NCBI RefSeq assembly: GCF_004010195.1
Contig: NC_057726.1
Coordinates: 48,171,348-48,210,691, forward strand
DNA from: Chiloscyllium plagiosum
Lineage: Eukaryota
Direction of reading: 5' to 3'
DNA length: 39,344 bases
Positions 25,655 through 36,498 of the stretch are shown piece after piece. The notes under the pieces were generated by a model, which worked only from the letters and a program-made list of their open reading frames with translations, had not been told where the DNA came from and searched no databases. Each line of letters opens with the position of its first letter. Position 1 is the first letter of the stretch. The translations under genes and the position numbers were made by a program.

Positions 25655-26520
25655 AGACTTGTGGCTAAGAAGCACTTCTAGAGATGCCACTAAACTTGGA
25701 AGCATTGTAAACTGTGAGGAGGCAGGACTCCAAAAGGACATTGACAAATTGGTGGATTAGATGGGAAAGTGGCAGATGAGGTTCAACGCAGGGAAATGGG
25801 AGGTGATGCCCTTCAATCTGAAAAACATTGAAAGATAATATAAAATCAGAGGTACAATTCTAAAGGGGATGCAAGATGGTAGGATAAGTTGAGAGAGCAG
25901 TTAATAAAGCATACAATATTCCTGGCTTTTTTAATCAGGGCATAGAGTACAGGGGCAAGGAGGTGATGTTGGACTTACACAGCTAGAGCTTAGCTGTTGT
26001 ATTGTGTACAGTTGTGGGTGCTATATTGTGGTAAATATGTGAATGCATTGGAGGCAGTGTAGAAGCAACTTAATAGTTGCAGAGATGAGAAATTTCAGGC
26101 AGCAGGATATATTGAAGAAGTTGGGGCTATTCTCCTTGGAGAAAAGAAGGCTGAAAAGACACTTAGTGGGAGTTTTCAAAATCATGGATGGGCTGGACAG
26201 AGAAGATAGGGAAAAGCTCTTCCTGGTTGTAAGAGAAAAAAGAACAACAGAGCATAGATTTAAAGTGTTGTGTAAATGAAGTGAAGGTGATGTGAGAATA
26301 GTTTTTTCACACAGCGAGTAGTTTGGGAATGGAATGCACTACCTTGAAGTGTGGTGGACGTAGGTTCAACTGAGGCACTCAATTGGGGATTGGATGGTTA
26401 TTTAGATATAAATGATTTGCAGGTATGTGGGGAAAAGGCAGGAGATTGGCACTAGAGAATAGAACCAGTAGAGGCAAATAGCCTCCTTCTATGCCATAGC
26501 AATCTGTGATTCTATGATTT
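25655..26520 (+). mobile_element. 5'-truncated CR1 LINE
   Basis: D.TKLGSIVNCEE, KWQMRFNAGKWEVM, LGLFSLEKRRLKRHL..VFKIMDGLDR motifs; gattctatgatt tail. Confidence 0.88.
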
Positions 26521-27574
26521 TGTGAAGAGTCAGGTCACCAACCACTACTCTCCTTCATGATTAAATCCTCACCCCCACAGCCCTAACATTGTGTCCAAAT
26601 TTGGCTCAGTTGGAATCACACAAGTGCCAGTCATATAGATATATCAGTGATACCAGTTGTATAATGGTATCTGCAACTCTTCGGCCTTCTTACACCAGGA
26701 TGGTTGCAAGATTGGCAGTATTTAAACCGATGCATTCTGTACAATTAACCGTCCCGTCAGGCTTTGTTAGTTTCTTTTCGTTGTTACTTACTAGTTCATA
26801 GTACAATCGGGGATAAAATGATGAACTGTGTATTCTAGAAGCTATAAATAAATAAATCATCAGTGTACACAATAGGTTAATCAGTTTTTGGAAGAAAAAG
26901 AGAGGTTTGTTACTGGTTATTTTGTCAAAATAGGGAAATCAGTCCTTGATCATTATTATAAAGTAGCACTGGATGTTAAGCTTTATATCAATGCCACTTA
27001 TACTCTGACCTATGTAGATTAATATTAATAACAGACTGCATGTGAATTGTTACTTCCAATTTCAGACAGAAAATGATTGTCATTTTGATTGGCTTTGTAC
27101 GTGGTTGGTGTGCAAACTGGCCCAGCTTTTCATCTTGCAATAGAACTGAAAATTCATCCCTGTGTCCTGGAGAAAGCCTCATTACTTTTGATGTCAGGTC
27201 AACTCTGGCAGCATTTCACTCCATATGAAAGATAAATATAGAAAGTCCTGTTAGCATAGACTTGCAGTGTTTGTTGTTAGGGCTCTTGCCTTTTTTTTCT
27301 TTTAAAGCATCCTTCTTAGTTATTACAAATGGCTTTCCAACTCAATTAAGCATACAAAATTTACAAAATCATATTTGTAAAAGACCCATTTTGGATACAA
27401 GTCACTGAATCATTTTGTTATTCAACAATCTCTTATTTGCTTCATAGATTCAGGTTTAGAAACAGAGTCTTCCTGTTCCATTCAATTAATGTTCACAAAT
27501 TGTAATTTATTTCAGTACTAGCCTAAATTAGGATGAACTCAAGTTTATTACTTGCAAAATTTTAACAAGCGACA

Positions 27575-27680
27575 GAGGGTTTTGTGGCACATCAACAATG
27601 CCCCTGCCTTTAGACGGGAAGGTCCTAGTTGAAGTCTTACCATCCCTAGAATTGTGTCAGCAGGAATGAACAGATTGAAG
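27575..27680 (+). mobile_element. Degenerate short tRNA-derived SINE
   Basis: Similar to the reverse complement of 31815-31920 (tgtggcaca.., gttgaagtcttacc, gaacagattga). Confidence 0.45.
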
Positions 27681-27959
27681 CTGCAGTTTTGGCCAAGAGC
27701 AAAGTTAAAAACATCCCAGTAACTTTATATCTGAGATTAACCCACATCCATTACTTCCTAACCCGGTGTATTACTTTCTAATGTACTGTGTATGATTTCA
27801 GTATGCAGACAGTGCTAACATGCTAGTGATTGGCCAGATGTCTAAGCACAGGAAGCAATCTCATAAGGTGTTGGAAGGAGTTCCACCTTAGCCGTGCTGC
27901 TTAAAGGGGAAATGGCTTTTGACTAGAGAACTGACTGGGGAAGTGTGACTGTAAAATAA

Positions 27960-28200
27960 CACACAGAGAGTATGGTGTTTGAGGTTCTTCAACTTAGCGC
28001 CGTGGCCGTTGTGCAGGAGGTGGTCAGGACAGGAGAATTCTGCCATCCACAGGGCAGGAATAGGACTTCCAAACAACCACTCCAAAGGGGTGGGAGCAGA
28101 CAGCCATCACCAAGATACCAACTGTGTATTTCTATGGACCAGTATATGGATGGTCAGTGACAGAGGGAAGGAGGTTGTTGATAAATGACAACCTATCCAG
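27960..28200 (+). pseudogene. Harbinger Myb/SANT-like DNA-binding ORF remnant
   Basis: RFF..AVAVVQEVVRTGEFCHPQGRNRTSKQPLQR/GWEQTA fits the RFS..L.ALV.EV..R...L.P.......W..IA pattern; it lies convergent to a transposase remnant. Confidence 0.5.
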
Positions 28201-28509
28201 AAGGAGATCACATTAGCTACCTCTTTCCTCTTTTCTGTTCCAATGCTCCTTCTTTCTCCCCTCTATTTCTCACTGTATATCTGGTAGCAAGTGTTGTGCC
28301 CTTGCAATAGAAGGTTGTGCAGACTACAATATGTGTCCTGATGACTCTTGGCCTGCATACTGCAGCACTGAGCTCCTCTCGAATGGTGCGGGTGGCAAAA
28401 GTATTCTTTAAATATCCCAGGACTGCTCAATGACCTTATGTGGGGCAGCATGGCTCTTATTGTGCACTAACTGTCCATATTTGTGTAAATTGTGCATTGG
28501 AGATACAAG

Positions 28510-28716
28510 GAGAAAGTGAGAACTGCAGATGCTGGTGATCAGAGTGGAAAAGTGCAGCAGGTCAGGCAGCATCAAAGGAACAGGAGAATCGACGTTTCGG
28601 GCATAAGCCCTTCTTCAGGAATCATTCCTGAAGAAGGGCTTATGCCCGAAACGTCGATTCTCCTATTCTTTTGATGCTGCCTGACCTGCTGCGCTTTTGA
28701 AGCAACACATTTTTAA
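28510..28716. mobile_element. Short PLE-derived palindromic insert with two hammerhead-like cores
   Basis: 16-bp TSD gcattggagatacaag (28494-28509, 28717-28732); perfect 41-bp arms 28582-28622 and 28624-28664; tail at 28510-28545 on the minus strand. Confidence 0.92.
28624..28660 (+). ncRNA. Minimal hammerhead-like motif (identical mirror copy on minus at 28586-28622)
   Basis: CUGAAGA(28628-28634)-A-GGGC-UUAU-GCCC-GAAA(28648-28651)-CG-UC. Confidence 0.6.
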
Positions 28717-28877
28717 GCATTGGAGATACAAGCCAGACCATCAGCAGCGAGCCCTTTATTTCATGATGGCTCAAATGATGATGATACAGCAGACTGCACA
28801 GAATGGAAGCATAATGACTCTGCTGCCCGTTGCATGAGCCCGGGCACACTGCAAGTGGGCATTGATGAAAGTGAACC

Positions 28878-29770
28878 TTTTTTATTCACTCATGGACCAT
28901 GGCAGGGCTGGCTAGGCCAGCATTTATTGCTTTTCCCTAGTTGTCCTTGAGAAGGTGGTGGTGAGCTGTCTTCTTGAACCGCTGAAGTCCACCTGCTGTA
29001 GGTTGATCCACAATGCCCTTAGAGAGGGAATTCCAGTGGCAATGAAGGAACGATGACATATTTCCAAGTCAGAATGGTGAGTGAGTTGAAGGGGAACTTG
29101 TCCTTGACCTCTAAATGGAAGTGCCTTTGGGTTTGGAAGGTACTGTCTAACTATGGTGAAGTTCTGCAGTGTATTCTGCACTGCTGCTCCTGAGTATCAG
29201 TGGTGGAGGGAGGAGATCTTTGTAGACATAGTGCCAATCAAGCGGGCTGCTTTGTCCTGGATAATGTCAAGTTTCTTGAGTGTTGTTGGAGCTGCACCCA
29301 TCCAGGCAAGTGGGGAGCATTCTGTCACCCTCCTGTCTTATGCCTCATGAATACGTTTTGGGGAGTCTGAAAGTAAGTTACTCACTGCAGTATTCCTAGC
29401 CTCTGACCTGCTCTTATAGCCACTGTATTTATATGGGCAAAGTTAAAAATCTGGTGTTGTGTGATGCTTAACTTTGTCAACCCAGTTCAACACTGGCACC
29501 TCCTCATCATGGAATTGTCTGCTGAGTTCAGTGAGTTTCTGGTCATTGGTGATCCCCAGGATGTTGACAGTGAGGAACTGAGTGATAATAATGCATTGAA
29601 TGTCAAAGGGTGGTGGTTAGATTATCTGTTATTAGATGTGGTCGTTGCCTGGCATTTATGTGGCACAAATACTACCTGCCACTTTCGAGCCTAAGCATGA
29701 ATGTTGTCCAGATCGTTTGAACGTTCATATTTGGACATGGACTGCTTCCATTTTTTCAGAGCTGAAGCAT
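28878..29770 (-). mobile_element. 5'-truncated CR1/L2-group LINE
   Basis: Same 3' tail as 1667-2000 in reverse; ORF remnant CSPLAWMGAAPTTLKKLDIIQDKAARLIG on minus at ~29230-29320. Confidence 0.85.
29438..29510 (+). mobile_element. Probable short PLE-type tail insert (distinct family) inside the LINE
   Basis: Interrupts the LINE; short fold-back aaagttaaaaatc/gatgcttaacttt followed by tail cccagttcaacactggcacctcc. Confidence 0.5.
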
Positions 29771-30250
29771 ATCTCCAAATTGTGATGCACTTCCTGCAAA
29801 CTGACATCAACAGTTAATGACAACTGTGAAATTTGCTGCAGACTTGAAAAACCCATGTCCTCACCTTGCCTGCTTGTTTCTGGAAAGAAAGAATACAATA
29901 GACAGAATCTTGTGCTGGTGCCAAGGACCTCAGCGGCTGAACAGACAGCCAGCGAAAGTACCATGTTGCTTTTATCCAGCAAGGGCTGTCAGTATGATCA
30001 GCCCATCGGGCACTTGATAGGCCAGCTGTAAGCTTTTTCTTGGCATCAGCACTCTAGGTGACCTAACCCTACCCACTGAGAGGTTCCAGACAATCTGACT
30101 CTAGCTGGATCAGACAAGGATCAGGTGAATGGTCAATTGATAACAAGGACAGACTCTCAGCATGCCCCTCCCTCTCGACAACAGATCTCTTGATCGTGCA
30201 CTGTGTGCTTTTAAATGATTTCCTTAACGATAAGGCCATAAGATATAAGA

Positions 30251-30340
30251 TTCTGGATTAGTGGTGCTGGAAGAGCACAGCAGTTCAGGCAGCATCCAAG
30301 GAGCTTCGAAATCGATGTTTCGGGCAAAAGCCCTTCATTA
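30251..30340 (-). mobile_element. 90-bp PLE-derived insert (single arm)
   Basis: 15-bp TSD ccataagatataaga (30236-30250, 30341-30355); minus strand atgaagggcttttgcccgaaacatcg is a clipped hammerhead-like core. Confidence 0.9.
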
Positions 30341-30409
30341 CCATAAGATATAAGAGCAGAAGCTATTTGATCCATCAAATTGCTCCTTAAAGATCTTGGA
30401 CGCATATGG

Positions 30410-30930
30410 GCATAAAGAGAGAGCCCTTCTCCCTTTGCTCTGCCTTACCTTTGAGCAGCATAGGCATCTCTGTGCCATTTCTGATCATTCTGGGGAGAAT
30501 GGGGAAAATCTCCAGCACCCAGAACTGAGGTATGAGGTCAGGACAGAATCCTTCAAGACAGAACCAAAGACTCTATCACATGCCAAACCCACGCCTTGTA
30601 GATACCATGAAGTAGGGGTGCAAAGTTCAACCAGGTCTACAGAGTCTGCAACAACCATTGGAAATTAATCAGCAACTAAGTGTTTGATGATCTTCTTTAA
30701 ATCGCGATAGCTCAGGGACCTTCCTGGGGCTGTTTGGGATTACAAGGGAGTGTTAGATGGAGTGTTGACATGAGAAATTATGTGATTGGAGATGAATCAC
30801 TGTGATATACTGACTCATGTCACAAACCATCATTCTGCAGACAATAGAGCATCTCGCTGTCATGCGAACAACCTCACAAAAATGGCATTCAACATAGCCA
30901 GCAGCAGAGATGTGTGCACATAACCTGGGC
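30410..30930 (+). mobile_element. Possible second Harbinger transposase remnant
   Basis: Weak ordered echoes: LTFEQ, INQQL.VFD, LPG..D, IGDE. Confidence 0.3.
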
Positions 30931-31502
30931 ATTATTTTAGACTTGAAATTGCAGCTGTAGCACCAGCAGTAAAGACAACTTTAGCATTCCATTGGAAGAT
31001 ACTGCATATTGAAAGTAAAAAATTGCAAGCCTGTATACTCCTTGACTGTAATTTAATGCACAGAAGGGAAACAAGTCCCAGGGTGTGAGTTGACTTAACA
31101 TTTGTCATGTTTAACAATGTGTTAGAACAATAAACAAAGCAAAAAGGATGCTGTTCCATTTTGCCAAATTAGTTTGATTCAATCCTCCAAAATGTATTAA
31201 AGCTATATAATGCCGTGCACAGGCTGTATCCAGAGATATTCAGACATTCCAAAGTGCCTCAGCAAAGTTATCCAAACCTTAGACTATAAAAAGGAGTGCA
31301 ATAAAATTGAAGTTGCAGTTTCCCATGTGACAAGCTGCCCAGCGAAAGCTTGGGGTTTGGAAGAGAGTGCTAGATCAGGCAGTCTGGGTCCATGGTGTTC
31401 AGCCATTCCCCCTGGTGGTAAGGACTGGCTTCATTGAAAAACCTCCAATTCCTCAATAGCAAGCCTTTCAGCTCAGTAGGGCTTGCTTGACTGCTTTGCT
31501 GA

Positions 31503-31652
31503 TTCTGGAGTAGAATAATTATTCCTGATGAAGGGCTTTTGCCCGAAATGTCGATTTTCCTGCTCCTCGGATGCTGCCTGAACTGCTGTGCTTTTCCAGC
31601 ACCACTCTACTCCAGAATCTGGTTTCCAGCATCTGCAGTCATTGTTTTTATC
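31503..31652 (+). mobile_element. Short PLE-derived insert with hammerhead-like core, tail and 12-bp inverted 5' stub
   Basis: TSD tgact(g/a)ctttgctga (31488-31502, 31653-31667); ttctggagtaga is the inverse of internal tctactccagaa. Confidence 0.9.
31521..31556 (+). ncRNA. Minimal hammerhead-like motif
   Basis: CUGAUGA(31525-31531)-A-GGGC-UUUU-GCCC-GAAA(31545-31548)-UG-UC; the stem III C>T change fits CpG decay. Confidence 0.55.
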
Positions 31653-31814
31653 TGACTACTTTGCTGAACCTGCTCCCAGACCCTCCTCCATGATGGTTGC
31701 TGGTTGTGGCTGGCTGGAGTGCTCGCAGTAGCCACTGTTTTTGGTGGAAGTGCTGGGATGAAGAGCTGCAGGCTTTTCGATACAAAGCATATCAATGCCT
31801 GATGAGCATAGACC

Positions 31815-31920
31815 TATTTTCCTAGTCAACCTGTTAAAAGTTACTCTGGAGCAGGTGGGACTTGAACCGGAGCCTCTCAGTCCAGGGATAGGGACACAAC
31901 CACTGTGCTACAAGAGCCCC
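31815..31920 (-). mobile_element. Short tRNA-derived SINE
   Basis: Minus strand A-box TAGCACAGTGG and B-box GGTTCAAGTCC; no full cloverleaf; related copy at 33978-34086. Confidence 0.7.
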
Positions 31921-33977
31921 CCCCCCCAGCTGTGTGTAGAATTCCATCGCTGCTATTAAATTCAACTAATGTGTCAGGGGATAATGGCGAGGAGTGATTT
32001 AAAAAGCTCGAGCTTTTCAGTGTAACCAATAGATCCCAGAGGGACCTTCTAAAAGTATATGGTACTTACTCAGATACAGAAAGTAAACCCACAGAATGTT
32101 TTCAGATCCATCAGAGCAGCATTGCAAGCACAGATTTCTGGCTGCGAAAGCAAATTTAAGTTGGAGATTGGAAATGTGTCTTTGACCTGAATTAGTTGGG
32201 GTGAGTGACCAATAAGGGTGATTTAGCGAAAGACCAAATTAAGAGAAAAGTAATACAGTTGATATTCGGGTGGGTGGGATCAAATGGCTTTGTTAACTGA
32301 AGCAATGTGATCTTATAAAATCTTATAATATTAGCAATTCTACAAACAACCCTTTCAATTAAGTTTGACTGTTCCTGCTAATGATAATTCCCTGTACTTC
32401 TGCATAGATAAAAATGAAATCATTAACAAATACAGTGATTTATCTTGCTATGTTTTCATTTTTTTTCTTATGCATATAGCTTCTGACATCAAAGATAACT
32501 TCTTCACTTCTGAATTTGGTGTGATTTTTCTCCTTCCTCCCGGTTTCCAGTTATGTTCTAATTTCTTAATGAATATAACCACACTATACTATTTAGTATT
32601 TATTACTTTTATCTTGTCTCATTGCAAGGCCTGGGAACACTCAGATAAACCAACATTAAATTACATGATTTCCTGAGGCTTTCTGCATATGAAAGCAGTG
32701 GACTCTATTCCTCTGAAATCACTTCAGTATGCCTCATAGGGTGAGTTTCCAGCTGTTGTGCTTGCAGCTCAGAACCATCAATGAGACTAACATATGCAAT
32801 GTGGCAAAAGCATTGGGAATATGTTAATATCTCCCGAAACCCCTACACTTGCCTTCTGCTTGCCAGAGCTATCATTAAGTACAGTCTAGTGGTTTGGGAA
32901 GTTGGCAAACTGAAGGGGTTTCAAAGATTTATCCAACAAAAATACTCAAATCTTTCAGTAGCTAAGGGAGCAATAGCAAATTGATTGGAATGATGACATT
33001 TACAAATTTCCCCAGGCCAACCACAGAGCTGCCCCAGAAAGCCAATAATAACAAATGTAATTACCCCTTTCAACCTATGGAAAATCCACTGTGCATTTGA
33101 AGGTTGCACCAAAAACGTGATATGTTTTGTGAAAGTTGTTAAAATAAGTAAGTATATTAGGTATATAATTTGCTGACTGCCTGTTGTAGGAAAGCCAAGG
33201 GAGCTCATTTACACGTTAACCTGTAATTGGATCTAAAAGGGATTCATTTAAAATATATATGGATGTATTACACTCAGCACACATCCTGGGAGGAGATGCA
33301 GCAGTGTTCCTGTTTCACAACATACATTCTGGTGTTCATTTGATTCAATTCTTCTGGGACACACGTGTAACCAAGGTGGGTGACATAGTTGGCACAGTCA
33401 TTCCCACAGAGTCAGCCAGAATTTTCTCTTGGGGACACCACTTAATAATACACAGCCGACATTGTTGAAATTTATACTGCATGTGGTTCAACTCTCTAAT
33501 TCTTTGGAAACAGACCTAGATTTCATTTCCCCATTTCCCGTTCACTCCCTCCATACCCAAAATGAAACCGCTCTGGTTTAAAAGCATGAAAAATATAGCT
33601 GTCTCCAGAAAAGAAAAACAAAACGGTTTTTGAACTGCAACTGAGTGGGCCTATGTATTTTGGAAATGTGAGCCATTTTCTTGGAATGTTCCCTAGAGAA
33701 TAAAGGAAGAATCCTGATATTGCATTTGTTACTAGTTAGTGTGCACTGAGTTTGACAGCATCTTAAACCTCCTTAAATTATGATACAAATTATTAGTTGG
33801 GGCTGGAATATAAGAATTCAGTTGGATGACATTGGTTCCTTGAATTGTGTGAGTTACCTGTGAAATCACAAGCTGTAAAATACCCTTCAGAATTTGTTAG
33901 GTTTACTGTCGCATTGCTGATGTTATACAATGTATCAGTTCTGTGATAATTGGCTCGAATTATTTTAAAAAAATTCT

Positions 33978-34086
33978 TTAATTAACCTGTTTAGAGACAT
34001 TATTATATACCTCGGGGACAGGTGGGACTTGAATCAAGGCCTCCTGACTCAACAATAGGATTACTACTGCTGCATCACGAGAGCCA
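33978..34086 (-). mobile_element. Short tRNA-derived SINE (same family as 31815-31920)
   Basis: Shared caggtgggacttgaa..gcct and aacctgtt segments. Confidence 0.65.
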
Positions 34087-34589
34087 CTAAATTGAAATAA
34101 TTTGATAATCTTTTGTAACTAATGTCATTTGGATTTGAGCGATACTAAGCTGAGGGCAAAGTTTCCTAAAATGTATATTTTAAATGAAAAATATTTTAAA
34201 ATTTGGTTATTTACTGACTCCAGTCACAATATTGAATTATATATCACTTAATGTGTCAGCAAGATGTTACAAATATGGGTGTATTTTAAGTTAATTCTGT
34301 TGTGAAGCAATGATTTAAAAAGTGCTCAGATTGTCCTTTGGATCTGCTCAAATCACTATTATTTAGAAATTCTATGGGATTTCTTGGGTAGAAGACCATA
34401 AACATTTAAAAACTGGCAGATAAGCAGTTTCTAAGTTCAACTATCTTTCGCCATAATTATAGCAGGAGACTGTTGGAAATTGGAATCCTTTTAAACCCTG
34501 CATTTTTTGACATTTTCTTGAGTAGCATGAGATCCCAATTAACCACTGTTGCAATCATGTTTCTTTTTCGTCCAGGCATCATCAAATTT

Positions 34590-34698
34590 CCAGGAGAAAG
34601 TGAAGACTGCAGATGCTGGAGATCAGAGTAGAAAGTGTGTTGCTGGAAAAGCACAGCAGGTCGGTCAGCATCCGAGGAGCAGGAGAATCGACGTTTCG
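34590..34698 (-). mobile_element. PLE-derived tail fragment, clipped inside the hammerhead-like core
   Basis: Closely matches 28510-28600 (gagaaagtga..actgcagatgctgg..aggagaatcgacgtttcgg). Confidence 0.85.
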
Positions 34699-34869
34699 GA
34701 TGCATGTCCTCGTCAGTTTCTACTAAATAAAGACTAAAGGTTTACCAGATGACTGAGGGCATAATGTTCCATTCAATTGACACCAAATGACACTATGTGT
34801 ACCCTATTATCAAGGCAACATTTTGGAAAATAAACAGTTTGTTCTTAGAAAAATTACATCTAATCTTCA

Positions 34870-35063
34870 GATGAAGGTGGATAAGTTATCCTGTGAATGA
34901 AGCATTCAGGAGGGAATGGGATGGTTATTTGGATAGAAATAATGTACAAGTGTCAGGGAAAAAGCTGGAAATTGTTAGTCAGTGAAGTTGCTCATTTGAA
35001 GAGGCAGTGCAGACATGATGCGTCCAGCAGCCTCCTTCTGCATCCTCTTGTTTCTATGATTCT
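34870..35063 (+). mobile_element. Degenerate CR1 3' end
   Basis: gaagcattcaggagggaatgggatggttatttggatag..gcctccttctgcat..ttctatgattct, similar to 26370-26520. Confidence 0.6.
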
Positions 35064-36253
35064 TTGATAAGTAGCTGCCCCAGGTCTGTGGAATGGAGGA
35101 ATTCAAATTACAAAGAGCAAATTAGATGTGTAAATTACACTGTGTCAGTTGCAAGCCCTTAGAAATAGGATATATCAACTTCAGGGTTAGGGGCAATCTT
35201 TGTCAGGTGGTCCTTGCAGATGGTAATCCACATCATGGAGCTGTCATTTTCAGATGGAAAATGGGCCAGAAAAGAAACAGGGAATTCACAGAGAAGAGCT
35301 CCCTGACAATTTAGCTCAAAAGCAGGATGCTGCCTTCACAACTTTATTGAGATTGATGCACTCCATGCCAACTGCCTACTCTTCCTCTGATAGCAGTGAA
35401 CCACCCTCAATTATCACAGGTTCCATACTCCTTTATGTTTAATTAACTAATGTATCACGTCTAAATTTTTGCTTTTTAACAAACATAAGAAACAATCTGA
35501 AAATTCTTCACAAATAGTCAACTGCTTATATCGGGTAACTCTGGTCACAAAACCCCGAAGTGTTACAAGACTGGAGGAATCCATGGAATGAGATGGCCAA
35601 AAAACTTCACATGAAGACCCAAATGTTCAAGTTTCTCCTTATTTTATATCACCATACAGGCAACAGTTGTGTGAATCTGTGTTGCACCTTGTCAAAAGCA
35701 TCTTAATATCTTTCTTGTAAAATGGAAATTAATGCTGCACGTAGTTCTGAGGTGTTATTAACGTTTTATATAGGTTTATCATTAATTCTTGCTTTTTATA
35801 TTCAACATCTCTCATGATAAAATATCACCTAATAGAATTTTCAGTTTAATGCTCTTATAAACTGAGATGATATCTCTTTTATCTGTGCTGCTAAATCCCT
35901 CTCCTCTTATATAATACTGACCATACTTTGTTTCAGAGCATCATTAGCTCTGCTCACCAGAGGTCACCTATCCTCCCCATCATCAATTTGTTACTGAAAG
36001 GCACCCATCCACCACCAGCAGCAACACATAAAAACTTGCGGTCAACCTCAGCCACCAATCAACTGGAATTACTGAAACCCAGATGCCACACCATAACAAG
36101 TAGTGTATAGACAATTGTTGCCACAATCACACAGCAATCATTAGTGACCATCTTCAGCAGAACCACTTGGAGTGAGGGTAATAACTTGGATGCTCTGGAA
36201 TCTAGGAACAATGGGTCAAATTTAAAAGAAGAGAACAGCTGCCAGAATCAGGG

Positions 36254-36389
36254 TCTGGAACAGTGGTGCTGGAAGAGCACAGCAATTCAGGCAGCATCCG
36301 AAAAGCTTTTCGGATGCTGCCTGAATTGCTGTGCTCTTCCAGCACCACTGATCCAGAATCTGGTTTCCAGCAGTCATTGTTTTTACCTC
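36254..36389 (+). mobile_element. PLE-derived insert containing a perfect 90-bp palindrome
   Basis: 36261-36350 is self-complementary with no spacer; 13-bp TSD gccagaatcaggg (36241-36253, 36390-36402); shortened tail. Confidence 0.92.
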
Positions 36390-36498
36390 GCCAGAATCAG
36401 GGGTTATGCGAGGAAAAAAAACTTTCAGAATTGAAAGTCAAATGGAAAGCAACTTAAACAGTTGACTTCAAAAGTTAAGTTTCTGAGTTATACAGATG

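Larger units (their letters stand above)
28280..29990 (-). pseudogene. PIF/Harbinger (HARBI1-like) transposase remnant in three pieces: 28280-28493, 28733-28865, ~29775-29990
   Basis: Minus strand with frameshifts: SHYASILC (PGSSHDAFIL-like), KGSLL..WLVSP, HNKSHAAPHKVIEQS.GI.KEYFC, LQY, LHNL. The N-terminal piece is weaker. Confidence 0.65.

Noticed and set aside
31840..31920. tRNA gene
   Set aside because: A and B boxes are present but there is no convincing cloverleaf; degenerate copies share a 3' extension, so it is a SINE head.
34575..34722. TSD around the PLE fragment at 34590
   Set aside because: The flanks catcatcaaatttcca and cctcgtcagtttcta are too divergent to call.
36261..36350. 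miRNA precursor or intrinsic terminator
   Set aside because: The hairpin is fully explained by a TSD-flanked PLE-derived insert.
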